In this document: positions 39,574 to 52,192 of the stretch, piece by piece
How positions within the stretch are numbered: position 1 is the first letter of the stretch
Layout of the letters: each line of letters starts with the position of its first letter
DNA from: Octopus vulgaris
Taxonomy: Eukaryota
Assembly (NCBI GenBank): GCA_951406725.2
Contig: OX597830.1
Location: forward strand, 53,196,001-53,260,000
Length of the DNA stretch: 64,000 bases
Direction of reading: 5' to 3'
Program-made: the position numbers and the translations under genes
Notes under the pieces: generated by a model
The model's database searches: none
The model's input: the letters and a program-made list of their open reading frames with translations, nothing else
What the model was told of the DNA's origin: nothing

Positions 39574-42500
39574 ATATATAAATATATATCTATATATATA
39601 AGCATATCCACAAGTTGTAGAAGTATTGGATTTAAAAATGTGGCCAAAGTAATTTTTAGAAAGATGGCAGAAAATCTCATTGGTTTCTTGGAAGTCAGCT
39701 GCAAGACGTAGCTTTGGCGTGTTAATAACCAGAGAAGGCAGGCGATATGGGGAATTATTGAGAGACATAGCCAAGAAACTATAAAGTCGGACGGTTACAA
39801 ATTATCATCACTGATGGGGTGCTGAGAACAATCTACAAGAAAATATGTGTTCCAGATTCAATTAATCAATACCCTTTCTAAGACACGAAGGTGAGGTTTA
39901 AGCGAGATTTCTCTCTTCCTATTGATGTGTGAAGAAAACCGTATCAAGTTGTGTTGTATACATACAATAAAAGGACAATTTATATCATCATCATCATCAT
40001 TTAGCGTCCGCTTTCCATGCTAGCATGGGTTGGACAGGTCAACTGGGGTCTGTGAAGCTGGAAGGCTTCGTCAGGCCCAGTCAGATCTGGCAGTGTTTCT
40101 ACGGCTGGATGCCCTTCCTAACGCCAACCACTCCGCGAGTGTAGTGGGTGTTTTTTACAGTATTAAATGCCCATTACGGCTAATCTTACCAATCAGTTTC
40201 GCACTAGGAATACAACAGAGTGTTGGGTAACAATCTAATTATATAACTTTACACTCATCAGAGTTAGCCGATATGGAAAGGAATATGGCGAATCATTAAA
40301 TGTATCACTACAGATTAAAAAAACCAGTACGGATTATCATGATGTACATTAAGGAAATTATGTTCAACAAGCAGTGTTAGATTCAAATAGCAAGAGGTGT
40401 CTCATACTTAATGTAAATACATCACGGAAATCCAAATTAAATGCGGTATTCTCTCGGCCAATTGCAACATCAGTGCTTTTTCCATCACTGCTTTCCTAGC
40501 AGGTACGTGCTACTGACAAAACCTCAAAAAAACATAAATGTAGAGCTAGCATTTTTGTCACTACTGCTGGACTATTTTTGTCACTGCTACTGATATATTT
40601 CTGTGTTAACATAGTATGTCCATAGGAGATGTTACTGGCACTTGTGCCGGTGGCATGTATAAAAAGATTCAAGCGAGGTCATTGCCAGTAACGCCTGACT
40701 GGCCCCCGTGCCGGTGGCACATAAAAAGCACCCACTACACTCTCAGAGTGGTTGGCTTTAGGAAAGGCATCCAGCTGTAGAAACTCTGCCAGATCAAGAT
40801 TGGAGCCTGGTGCAGCCATCTGGTTCGCCAGCCCTCAGTCAAATTCGTCCAACCCATGCTAGCATGGAAAGTGGACGTTAAACGATGATGATGATGATCT
40901 ATTAAGTACAACTAAAAATAGGAGACACTTAAAAATAAAATCGAGCTATATATTGAAATACATATAGTGTACAAGTTTTTCAGGATTGATCTATGCTACC
41001 AGCAGTCAAACGTATTTGTGTTATTGATCAGATTTCTCGAATGTTTCTGCACACCATCGATTTCTGCATCAAGATAATAGACTGTAAAATCCTTATACAA
41101 CTACTTTTCTGCTGATGAAAGCATCACGTCCATATATGGCCAACCGCTAGACTCATGAATAAACACTAGGGCTGGCTTTAGACAATTTGTTTATGGTGGG
41201 ATTTGAACCTACAACATAAAGGAGAGTAAGGATCTTGTCTAGCCCTGTTGATACTGCCAAATAATAATGATAATTTTTAACATGCATTCCAGGACCGGTA
41301 AAGAACCGGTAGAAGTACCTCAAGGCATTAACAGTTCTGCCAATAAAACATTCGTTAATAATATTAATATTTTCCAGGTTATTTACTTCTTCTTTAGAGT
41401 ATTTACTATATTACAATTATGCTTGCATCAGTTCAATCTTTTACCTAATTCAATTCTTGATCTGATGAAGAGAACACTGACAGTCGTAATGCCAGTGTTT
41501 CCAGAGAAAGTAACAGGGTAATATGGTTTCACGGTTTCACAGAAAAATTCCAATACAAATAAGTTGTAAAACACAACGTAAAGTACTAAAAGTACAAGTC
41601 TTGCCAAAAAATTTCAACAACTACAACTTTCCAATCTTGACCTGGCTGTTCTTTAACTCTTAACCCAAGCCATCCTTCCTACCAAACTAACAAATAATAA
41701 TACGGTTGTTCACGATTCATTTCGAAAGTTTTCTGCTTCAGACCATTAAGTCCGAGATTCTTGAAACCAAAGTTTGGATCCAGTGTGGGACAAGGTACGG
41801 ATCCAAGAATAAGACACTTGACGATTGCACACAGAAATAAGCGAAATGTAGTGTAAGATGATATACATTGTAAATACATAATCTACAGGCAAAGTTTATT
41901 ACTCTGAATAATTATATCATTAACAACAAATCTCAGATAATTAATTACTGGTACAAATGAAAACACCTGATGATTAGAGATCAAACAGGTTGAAATGTAC
42001 TTTGTGTGATATCACCATGATCACCGTGATCGACCAGGCTATCAGATGTTGCTATACATCGCCGATCACAATGCGCTTTGCATTGTCTTAGCCTTCAAAT
42101 GACGCCACCCCGTTGGCTCAGCGAGCAGGCCAACAGAAGAAAGAGTGAGAGAAAGTTGTGGCGAAAGAGTACAGCAGGGATCACCACCATCCCCTGCCAG
42201 AGCCTAGTGGAGATTTAGGTGATGTTGCTCAATAAACACTCACAACACCCGGTCTGGGAATCGAAACTGCAATCCTACAACCACGAGTCCACTGCCCTAA
42301 CCACTTGGCCATTGCGCCTCCACACTTTGTGTGATACACATATAAATTTTACGTGACCTCTACAGATTTTCTACAGAATTTAGAGCCAGCACTGAAAATA
42401 TGTAGAGATAACATAACAGTGACTGAATCTAACACAAAATGTAGAACACAGTATTGACATATAAACCTTTAATATACTGGGCTGTATATAATGGTTGCGA

Positions 42501-42651
42501 AACGAAATACAATCTCCCTGCCAGCAATATTGGACTCATTTATCACCAGCTGAGCCACAAGTGTAAGGTATAAATTTGAGTGCACAATATTCTTAAAGGT
42601 CAGTAACTTATGTCCAGACGTGTAATTGAATGTGTGTTGATACATGTATGC

Positions 42652-43033
42652 ATATACATATATACACACACACACATATACATACACACTCACACACCCA
42701 CATATATACATATACACACACACACACCCACATATATACATATACACACACACACACACACATATATACATATACACACACACACACACATATATACATA
42801 TACACACACACACACACACACACATACATATACACACACACACACACACATACATATACACACACACACACACACATACATACACACACACATACATATA
42901 CACACACACACACACACACACATACATATACACACACACACACACACACATACATATACACACACACACACACACATACATATACACACACACACACACA
43001 CACATACATATACACACACACACACACACACAT

Positions 43034-43112
<79 letters not shown>

Positions 43113-43157
43113 TACATACACACACACATACATATACATAGACACACACACACACAT
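42652..43157. repeat. Compound (CA)n/(TA)n microsatellite, about 500 bp
   Basis: Directly visible; it accounts for six low-complexity ORFs in the track. Confidence 0.98.
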
Positions 43158-43168
43158 ATCATTTAGAC

Positions 43169-43750
43169 CAATGGTTTTCAACCATTTTTTACTTATGGAC
43201 CCCTTTGATTCCTATTTCACATAGATGGACCCTCATAACCATTCAATGATTTTACAAATGCTGTTATATTTTTTATAAATTAAATATTATCGGGACTTGT
43301 ATAAAAAAAATTGCTAAAATATTCTGTGCATTGTAGGAGTATAATGAACTTATTGTCCATAAACTTTAACAACAAAATCTTATATGCACCCCCCAAAGGG
43401 TCATGTGTGGAGGCAAAATGGCCCAGTGGTTAGGGCAGTGGACCTGCGGTTGGAGGATCGTGGTTTTGATTCCCAGACTGGGCATTGTGTGTTTATTTAG
43501 CGAAAACACCTCAAAGCTCCATGAGGCTTTGGCAGGGGTGGTGGTGGCCTCTGTTGTACTCTTTCACCCCAACTTTCTTTCACTCTTTTTTCCTGTTTCT
43601 TGGGTAACGCCGCAAAGGACTGGCGTCCCGTCCAGCTGGGTGGAACACATACGCCACAGAAAGCGGGAAACCGGGCTCATGAGCCTGGCTAGGCTTGAAA
43701 AGGGCGCATAAAAAAAAAAAAGGATCATGTGGACTGGTTGAGAATCACCA
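43169..43750. mobile_element. hAT(Charlie)-like MITE interrupted by a SINE
   Basis: TIR caatggttttcaacc / ggttgagaatcacca with TTAGA-containing flanks. The SINE at 43409-43720 is flanked by aaagggtcatgt / aaaggatcatgt. Confidence 0.6.
43409..43720 (+). repeat. Family D tRNA-derived SINE
   Basis: Head ggaggc(g)caatggcccagtggttagggcag...gattcccagac, ending in an A tail. Related copies at 5022-5380(-), 28693-28906(-), 42010-42322(-), 55990-56242(-). Confidence 0.85.
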
Positions 43751-44191
43751 GATTAGATTTATGCATACATTTATGTATGCATGCAATATGGGTGGTGGGT
43801 AATGTGTGTGTGTGTGTGCACCTCCTACACATGTGTTATGTTTTCTTTAGGAATGTATCAATAGACTAATAGGTTAAGTACCTGTGTGTTTGACAGTCGT
43901 GAGAGTTAACTGTGTGATCGTGTGTTAAATGACACACAAATCCTATGTACGTGTGTGCATAGAAACAGTTAAAAAATGTTTTTGATTCAGTCATTGGATT
44001 GCGGCCATGTTGGAGCAGTGCCTCGAAGGGTCGAACAAATCAAGCCCGGTACTTGTCTTTTTTTTTCTGAAAGCCTGGTACTTATTCTATTGCTTTCTTT
44101 TTGCCGAACCACTAAGTTACAGAGGCGTAAACAAACCAACATCGGTTATCAAACGGTGGGGGGAGACAAATACACACACACACATCTTTAG

Positions 44192-44296
44192 TCAGAGTTT
44201 TATGTTTCCGTTCGTCAGACAGTTGTGATCAAGACTGGAATTCCGATTTTGATCCCACTGTCTGACAAACGGGAAAATGAAACTCTGAGAAACAGT
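44192..44296. ncRNA. Two inverted degenerate hammerhead-like copies forming one hairpin
   Basis: Plus: actgt-CTGACAA-acgggaaaat-GAAA-ctctgag-aa-acagt. Minus: actgt-CTGACGA-acggaaacat-AAAA-ctctga. Confidence 0.5.
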
Positions 44297-44565
44297 ATTT
44301 ATGATGCTTTTGCAGCTTTAATAAAAAGGCATATTAGTCTAACTTTGGTATTCGAGTACTGCTTTTTCCACTTTGTGCTTACTCATATATATATACTTAT
44401 TACTTATTATATATTGATTATTCATTTTTATACTTTTTGTGATCTAGTTATATGTCTTATAAAAATATATATTATTTGTTATTTATGCTTTGGTTTATGT
44501 CCATCACTGCTTGAGTTGCATAATAGTGGTTTTATCTCTAATTTATATTTTATATATACATATAT

Positions 44566-44748
44566 CTATCTATATATATACATACACATATATACATACA
44601 TATATATACATACACACATATACATACATACACACATATACATACATACACATACATATACATACATACATACATACATATATATACATACATACATATA
44701 TAAATATATATATATATATACACATACATATATATACATACATATATA
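44566..44748. repeat. (TACA/TA)n microsatellite
   Basis: Directly visible. Other long simple repeats occur at 17101-17277, 39146-39224 (TA), 53530-53576 (TA) and 48053-48163 (GA). Confidence 0.95.
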
Positions 44749-47104
44749 CTTTATTTAAAAGCAGCAGAAATTCAACAAAACCTGTTACTTTTAAATAAAG
44801 CATATTACTCTACCCCTGGTATTTGAGTACTCTCCCCACCCCCCTTGTTTCACATTTATGTGTTTACTCCGGTACATATATATATATATATACAGTTTCC
44901 GTCTACCAAATCTACTCAGAGGGCTTTGGTTTATAGTTTATAGACACTTGCTAAAGGTATCACACAGTGAAACTGGACCCGAACATATGGGTGGGAAGCA
45001 AGCTTCTTACCCTAAAGCCATGCCTCTGCCAATGCCGTCTTAAAGCATAGGCATACAGACAGTTGTCCAGAGGCTTGTAATGCTTCTGAAAAAAGGTGCC
45101 TTAGACACACACGTAATATATAATCTACATTATCATCATTATACACTGATGTAATTTCATCATCTTGATCGTTATAAAAACAATTTATTGGCTGTTGTAC
45201 CTTTCAGCCTTCCTCAGGTGCCTACCACATTCGGTAACATTCTTGGGATTCAACCAAGGTTGATTTAGCCAGAGACTGAACATGCAACCACTTGCTAATT
45301 AAATTGTTACACTTAATACTTAATCAAAGATTATATTTGCTACTCTAATAACATAATAGAAGCATGGCGGAGGTAAGGAACCCTAACCCCAACCACCGAA
45401 AACGGGTGGTGTCTGTATTCTTTATCTTCGCCTAGAAGCATTTTGGAGGGGAAAGTTGTAGTTTTTAATGTTTGTTCACAATGTGTCCATGTCGATATGC
45501 TAGGTTCAGAAGCGCTCTCCATACTACACTGTTTCGGTCGACTTGAAGTGCTGCTCCCTATCTATTACCCGTATTAAGTACCACAAGGGTCTCTGCCTTC
45601 TGTTTTCTCTCGTAGGTGAGTTTAGCATAGTGATGAACACCGTAAGAAAGCTTTTAATTAAGAATGAACATTAAACATACAAAAAACAGTGAGGTCGAGT
45701 TTTGGAATAGTTGTTCTTCAAAGTTCCATCCTGCATGTCAAAGAAAGAAGGTATATATGTGGAAGAGAAGGGGTCAAGAATATAAAAAAAGTTAAATTTT
45801 TAAGAAAGGAAAAAATTTTGAAGTCATAATTTTCGTAATATGAAATGATTCCTCTTTCCCATAAAGTATGGGTCTAAGAAGGACAGAGGTACCGAAACTC
45901 AGTCAAAAATGTTTAGCTTAGAACTTCTTATTTCCATTACATAATTGTCTTCCTACAGAACAATGAGACTGTAAATACGAGCTGAATAAAAGTTGTTTAG
46001 CTAGAGAGTGTAAGTTCAATGCTTGGGTACGTCAAACAATATATTTCATTTTATATATCCAAGTTCAAGTGGAACGAGTGAGCAACATTACAAGTAGGAG
46101 GATAAATTATGTGGGGAAAATATTCTTGGTATGGACAATGGAATGAGATAAGTCGCCACAAGTGGAGCTAATAAAGGGTTTGGGTCGAATTCTGAGAATG
46201 ATACCAAAAATATAGCAGAGACCTGAACGACGGGCTAGGAGGTACAACACCCAAAAAGTTGTGACTATAGCTACAAAGATGAGGACATTAGTTCGAATAT
46301 ATCAGTTTCTAATTACACACACACGTCTTGTGTGTCTATAACAAAAAGAAAAGACAAGCAGTCAATACCAAATGCAGTGTTACATTTCATCAGAAGTTTC
46401 AGCTTGCAAAGTAATATATGTGCATGTGTGTGTGTTTACGCTACCTTCAGGATTGAGTACTTTCATAGACAGATACATACATACATACATACATACACAC
46501 ACTTATAAATGTGTGTATATATTTTAGAGTTAAAAACTCTATGCGTGTTATGTATTGATTATGTATTGATATGCGTGTTATGTATTGATTAGATCCAGGT
46601 CAACCATGACCAAAACGACGAATAATCCAAAGGTATTCAAGCCATGACCATTGAGTTTTGCCCCTGTTTAAGATCTGATATATATATATCTAACAAGTCG
46701 ATCTACAACCTAGGGGTTCCCTGTTTTGTGTGTGTGTGTGTTTGTTTGTTTGTTTGTTTAAATGCAAGAAGAACTCACCGTCTCCGAACAAGTCTTGAAA
46801 AATGCCATTCCAATTGGTATTCCGTGTTCGAGTATTTGAAGTCATTCCAGCCGACAATATTTCTTCCTAGTTCTGTTTTATTTGTTTAGCTATTTTTTCT
46901 TCTTCTTCAACGTTTCCTACATGTTTGCGACCAATAACAGTCCTCAATAGCAACAATTTAATAAATATATAAATAGAGAGAGAAGGAAACTCCATTTAAC
47001 TCCAGTGAATACCTTTCGCATGATGTGTTTGGCTCATTTGAGATGTGACAGTCATAGAAACCTCAACTAAAACTTTAAAGAAAACTCATTCTTATTTCCC
47101 GATT

Positions 47105-47860
47105 CTCTCTCTCTCTCTCTCACTTTCTTAATCTCTTCCTCCCTCCCTCTCTCTCACTTTTACCTTTCTCTCCTCAGCCTTCCTCAACCTTATTACCTTC
47201 GTCTCTCTCTCACAAACTTCACTCTTTTACCTTATTTCCCCTCTCTCTATCTATCTCTTATTCTCTGTCACTCCTCTACCTGTCCCTCATATCTGTCATT
47301 TTCTCACTTCTCTGTCACATTGTCCCTACTCCTTCTTCGTATATGTCACTCTCTCTTAATGTATTACCTTCCCGTATATCTCTCACTCTCTCTTTTATCT
47401 ACCTATCTATCTATCTATCTGTCTGTCTGTCTGTCTCACTTATCAGCTTTCTATCACTTTCAATCTCTCTCTCTCTCTCTCTCTTTCGCTATATTTCTTT
47501 CTTTCTCTAGATATATCTCACCTTTCTAGCTGTTTCGTTTCCTCTCCTCCCCTTCTCTATTTCTTTTTCTTCTTCACTTTCCTCCCCTTCATTACAAACT
47601 TCACTCAAACACTCTCATTCATTATCTCTCCTCTTTCTCTTCTACCTCACGCCCTGCTTACTTTCTTTCATCCTCCTCCTTCTATTACTTGCCCTTTATC
47701 ACCTTTTTCTTTCAGTCTTTCATCCCCACCATCAACCTTTACTGCTAACCTTCTCTGTCTGTCACTCTCTCCTTCTCGTCTTTACGTTTATTCTCTCTCT
47801 CTCTCCCTCACTCTCCCTCTTTATTCTTTCACCCTCTCGCTCTCCGTTTTATATCTCTCC
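47105..47860 (+). repeat. CT-rich low-complexity tract
   Basis: About 750 bp that is strongly pyrimidine-biased on the plus strand. Confidence 0.9.
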
Positions 47861-47913
47861 CACCATTATTCAATTAAGCTCAAGCTTCTTAAGCAGGAAA
47901 ATACATAACTGAC

Positions 47914-47932
47914 CATTGAAGCCGTATCTCAT
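47914..47932 (-). CDS. Speculative FBXL7 first coding exon (MRYGFN-G|gtcagt)
   Basis: ATG AGA TAC GGC TTC AAT G then gtcagt, a phase-1 donor compatible with the downstream exons. Lies in a non-repetitive island next to a (GA)n tract and an E-box. Confidence 0.2.
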
Positions 47933-48050
47933 TGTCCAGTTTTCTTGTCTGTTAATGTAAGCCGAACTCCCCACCACACTCTCTCAGTTTTTTTTTTTGT
48001 TGTCTCTGAAGATTAATATTTGTCTTGGGAGCTAATTGTTAAATAGATAG

Positions 48051-48105
<55 letters not shown>

Positions 48106-48128
48106 GAGAGACACACAGAAAGAGACAC

Positions 48129-48169
<41 letters not shown>

Positions 48170-48192
48170 GAGGTAATAGAAAGTATCTACAA

Positions 48193-48202
48193 GTCACGTG
48201 AC
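48193..48202. promoter_or_regulatory. Palindromic E-box GTCACGTGAC (USF/TFE CLEAR-type consensus)
   Basis: Exact 10-bp palindrome with an intact CpG, 30 bp from a (GA)n tract, in a non-repetitive island. Confidence 0.3.
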
Positions 48203-48967
48203 ACCATTACTAAACAGGTGCGACAAGTTTTTTTTTTTTAATGACAATCATTGAAACTAGAAAGAAAGAACAAAAAAATCACAAACTTGAAATCTCGACA
48301 GACATAATTCACTCAGATGTACTGACTGGTGGGCCAGGCAGACCGACTTCATTGGCGTCTGTTTAGGTCAATATTTGGGCCCTGACATTGTTAGGGTTTT
48401 CACAGTGAGGAGCGAAATATGTGAAACGTCCCTTGTTCGTCTTTCACACCTCTATGTCTGATATTTTCAGATTTTTCCACTTGTTCTCATGTCACCCCCG
48501 TAGTTTATCGTTTTGTTTTGTGATAGAATTTATAGGTGCCTTTCGCTAGCTTCTCTGTCTATCAATCTCTCTCTGATCGTATGTGTTTGTATATGTATGT
48601 TTGTGTGGAGGGGAGTGGTATTGGTATATGTCTAAAGCATGCAGGAATGCATGTATGTATATCACACACACACACACACACACACAAGCGTGAACAACTG
48701 TACGTACAGACGATGGTACACCTATCTATCTATCTATCTATAAGACAGAGAAATAGATAGGTAGTATCATCATCATCATCGTCGTCGTTTAGCATATGTG
48801 TATATATGTAAAACACGCAGGTATGAATACAGGTAAGGTACACACACACACATGCGTGTGTACATACATACGTTCGTATGTTACATATCCCAGTTCTCCA
48901 ATAATTACAGGTATAAGCCTGAACTTGTAATCTGCAGACATGGATGTTAGTAAAAAGCTTCCTGATG

Positions 48968-49920
48968 ATAGTAACATTGATCATCAAAGCAGTCTATCAT
49001 GGACCAATAGTTGGATTACTACCTCCCACTTTGAAGGGTATGCATTTGCAACCCAGGAACAAGAAATATCAACTTGATACACAAAAGGGACAGAGACACA
49101 GGAACAGCAGCAAAATGTGATAACCAATGCAGACTTTGTGGAGTTAACACTGAAGATATCACCCACTTCATAAGCAGTTGTCTGAAAATGCCATCACGAT
49201 ATTATCTGCTGATGAGACATGATGTTGTAGCTAGGACAATGTACAATCATTTCTGTCAGAAGGATAACCCTGAGGCCAAAGAAATAAGATCCTACAGTAT
49301 CGTAGAAGCCATTGCCACTCATAATAAAAAAAGAGTACTAGTGGAATGTCCCAGTGAAAACCTCAATAATATGTAAACATAATAGACCTGACATAGCAAC
49401 TTGGTATTCAGATGAGAAACCAGCTGCCCAGCGGATGTTAACATAAAGCTAAAGATCAGCAAAAAAGAAAATACCTAGGCTGAACTGAGGAATCTACAGC
49501 TACTCTGTCCAGATTACAAGTTCAGGTTTATGCCTGTAATTATTGGAGAACTGAGATATGTAACATACTGCCTAAATACCAATTTTGAGAAATTAGGCTT
49601 CTCAAAACCAGAAAGGAGAAAGCTGATCTGAAGACTACAGATCCAATCCATCACTGGAACTGTAAAAATCAGTAACGTTTTCCAGAAGTTTATCTTGTAA
49701 GTATATATGTGCATGTCTAGAAATGCAACTATATGCATGAGAATACATACGTAAAACAAAATATACAAATCTGCATGTATGTATAAATACAAAAATACCC
49801 TGTTGATGTTGAAATTCCAATGAAGGGGCTTTGGATCTAGATTAGAAACCAGCTCTTTTTCTAGTGGCAAGAAATCTTGAAATAAAACTGAAAAATGACA
49901 TTCAAATAAAACTAACAAAT
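48968..49920 (+). mobile_element. 3' fragment of an RLE-type non-LTR retrotransposon (R4/Dong-like)
   Basis: EGYAFATQEQEI, CCHC knuckle CRLCGVNTEDITHFISSC, RHDVVA and KHNRPDI motifs, interrupted by stops and frameshifts. Confidence 0.8.
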
Positions 49921-51985
49921 AAACATGATAACAGAACCCAAGAAGACTGGTGGTGATGTGCAATGACAAGAATTTTATTGTTGGTAAAAATAATAATATG
50001 ATTAAGTTAAAAAGTGGTGGAGAATAGCATTTCTGGTATTTTGGACAATGTCTTTCTTCAGGTTTGAGATATAAGGGGTGAGCAGAGAAAACAGAAGTTT
50101 TACATCCTCTCTGTTAGAGTAAACAAATATTGAAAACCAAATTTTTATAAAGTTATATACAGGGGTAGGGGGTCAGAAGGTGCAAGTGCACTTTCTAAAA
50201 TTTTGGGGTGTGCAAGATCAAAATTTGCATTCCTACTTAGTTTTCTTGGGTTTAGAAAACAATGCATAAAAAGTGATCTGTAAATAGTGGTTTGAAGTTA
50301 GGTTTCTTCTCAGAGAACAAAGAACAAAAATAATTTAAAAAAATAAAACTCTGAAAAAAATTTGAATCTGGGTTTGCACCCGCTAAGCAAATTTCATTCC
50401 TGAGCATTGTTGATGTATATTTAACTCTACTTCTTGGATTGAATCCAGCTTGAAAGATCTTCTTTGGTCACTAAACTCTGCTTGTGAAGACCTGTTGAGG
50501 CAAGTGAAATCAAAATCAAATTCGATGACTGGCGTCCGTGCTAGCGGGGTGCAAAGAGCACCATACGAGTATGATCGTTTGACAGAGCAGCTAACCGGCT
50601 TCCGTGCCAGTTGCACATAAAAGGGCACCATTCGAGTGTGATTGCTACCAGTGTCACCTTACTGGCACTTGTGCCCATGCTAGTAGGGTGCCAAGAGTAC
50701 CATCCGAGCGTGATCGTTGCCAGAGCAGCCAACTGGCTTCCGTGACGGTGGCATGTAAAAGGGCATGTAAAAAGATTCGAGTGAGGTCATTGCCAGTACC
50801 GCCTGACTGGCACCCACTACACTCTCAGAGTGGTTGGCGTTAGGAAGGGCATCCAGCTGTAGAAACTCTGCCAGATCAAGATTGGAGCCTGTTGCAGCCA
50901 TCTGGTTGCCAGCCCTCAGTCAAAATCGTCCAACCCATGCTAGCATGGAAAGTGGACATTAAACGATGATGATGATGATATCCATAATTTCGTTAGTGCA
51001 CCACAGGGTATTTTAGATAATTCCAAATGTTATGTATGACCTTTTTAACGAACATGTGAAAATAGCTTTTATTTGTTTCACTCATTGGACTGCTGCAATT
51101 CTTGGGCACCATCTTGAAGGGTTTCAGTTGAATGAATTGTCCTCCGTACTTATTTTTTTTAAGCCTGATACTTATTTTATCAGTCTTTTGTGCCAAACCA
51201 CTAAGTTACAGCAGCATAAACGAACCAACTTTGGTTGTCAAGTAGGGGTGCGGTTGGGGGATTCACACACACACACATATACAGTAGCCTTCTTTAAGTT
51301 TCCATCTACCACATCCACTCACATGGCTTTGATTGACCTGGGTTACAGTAGAAGACACTTGCCCAAGCTACCACCTGGAACCATGTGGTTGGGAAGCAAA
51401 CCTCTTACAACACAGCCATGCTTGCACCTATATATATATATATATACATACATATCATCATTATCATCATTTAACGTCCGCTTGGCATGGGTTGGACGAT
51501 TTGACTGAGGTCTGGCAAACCAGACTCCAATCTGATCTGGCAGAGTTCCTACAGCTGGATGCCCTTCCTAATGCCAACCACTCCGAGAGTGTAGTGGGTG
51601 CTTTTACGTGCCACTGGCACGGGGGCCAATCAGGCGGTACTAGCAATGGCCACACCCAAATGGTGCTTTTTATGTGCCACCTGCACAGGAGCCAGTCCAG
51701 TGGCACTGGCGACGACCTTGCTTGAATGTTTCACGTGCCACCAGCACAAGTGCTAGTAAGGCAACGCAGTAACGATCACACTTGAATGGTGCGTTTAATG
51801 TGCCATCGGCGGCACGAAGGCCAGCTTGTTGCTCTGGCAACGATCTCACTCATATGGTACTCTTAGCGCTCTACTAGCAACGGATGCCAGTCACGAGTTT
51901 GATTTTGATTTTGATTTCACTTGCCTCAACTGGTCTTCGCAAGCAGAGTTTGGTGTCCATTGAAAAAAGGCACGCATAAGTGGAC

Positions 51986-52192
51986 TGGTGGTGCTGTAAA
52001 GTTCCTGGCTTTGGGTAGAAGAAAATGCAGGAGGACCAGTTGTGATTTTAACATATTCCCCACTCAGATTCACACACTTATTGCAGCGGTCCTTCAGGTT
52101 TTTCTAAGCCTTGTAAAAGAACTCAGAAGGTTGGGCCTTCCTCGAGACCTTTCGTAATATCCTTAAAGCCAGGAACTTTTCAGCAACCCCTC
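51986..52192. mobile_element. Short mariner-derived MITE
   Basis: Inverted ends gtgctgtaaagttcctggcttt / aaagccaggaacttttcagcaacccctca followed by TA. Confidence 0.6.

Noticed and set aside
42469-43224. Long Cys/Val- and His/Thr-rich ORFs
   Set aside because: Translations of a CA/TA microsatellite.
50030-50066. Minus-strand CTGAAGA-aagacattgtcc-AAAA
   Set aside because: GAAA is missing and there is no convincing stem I.
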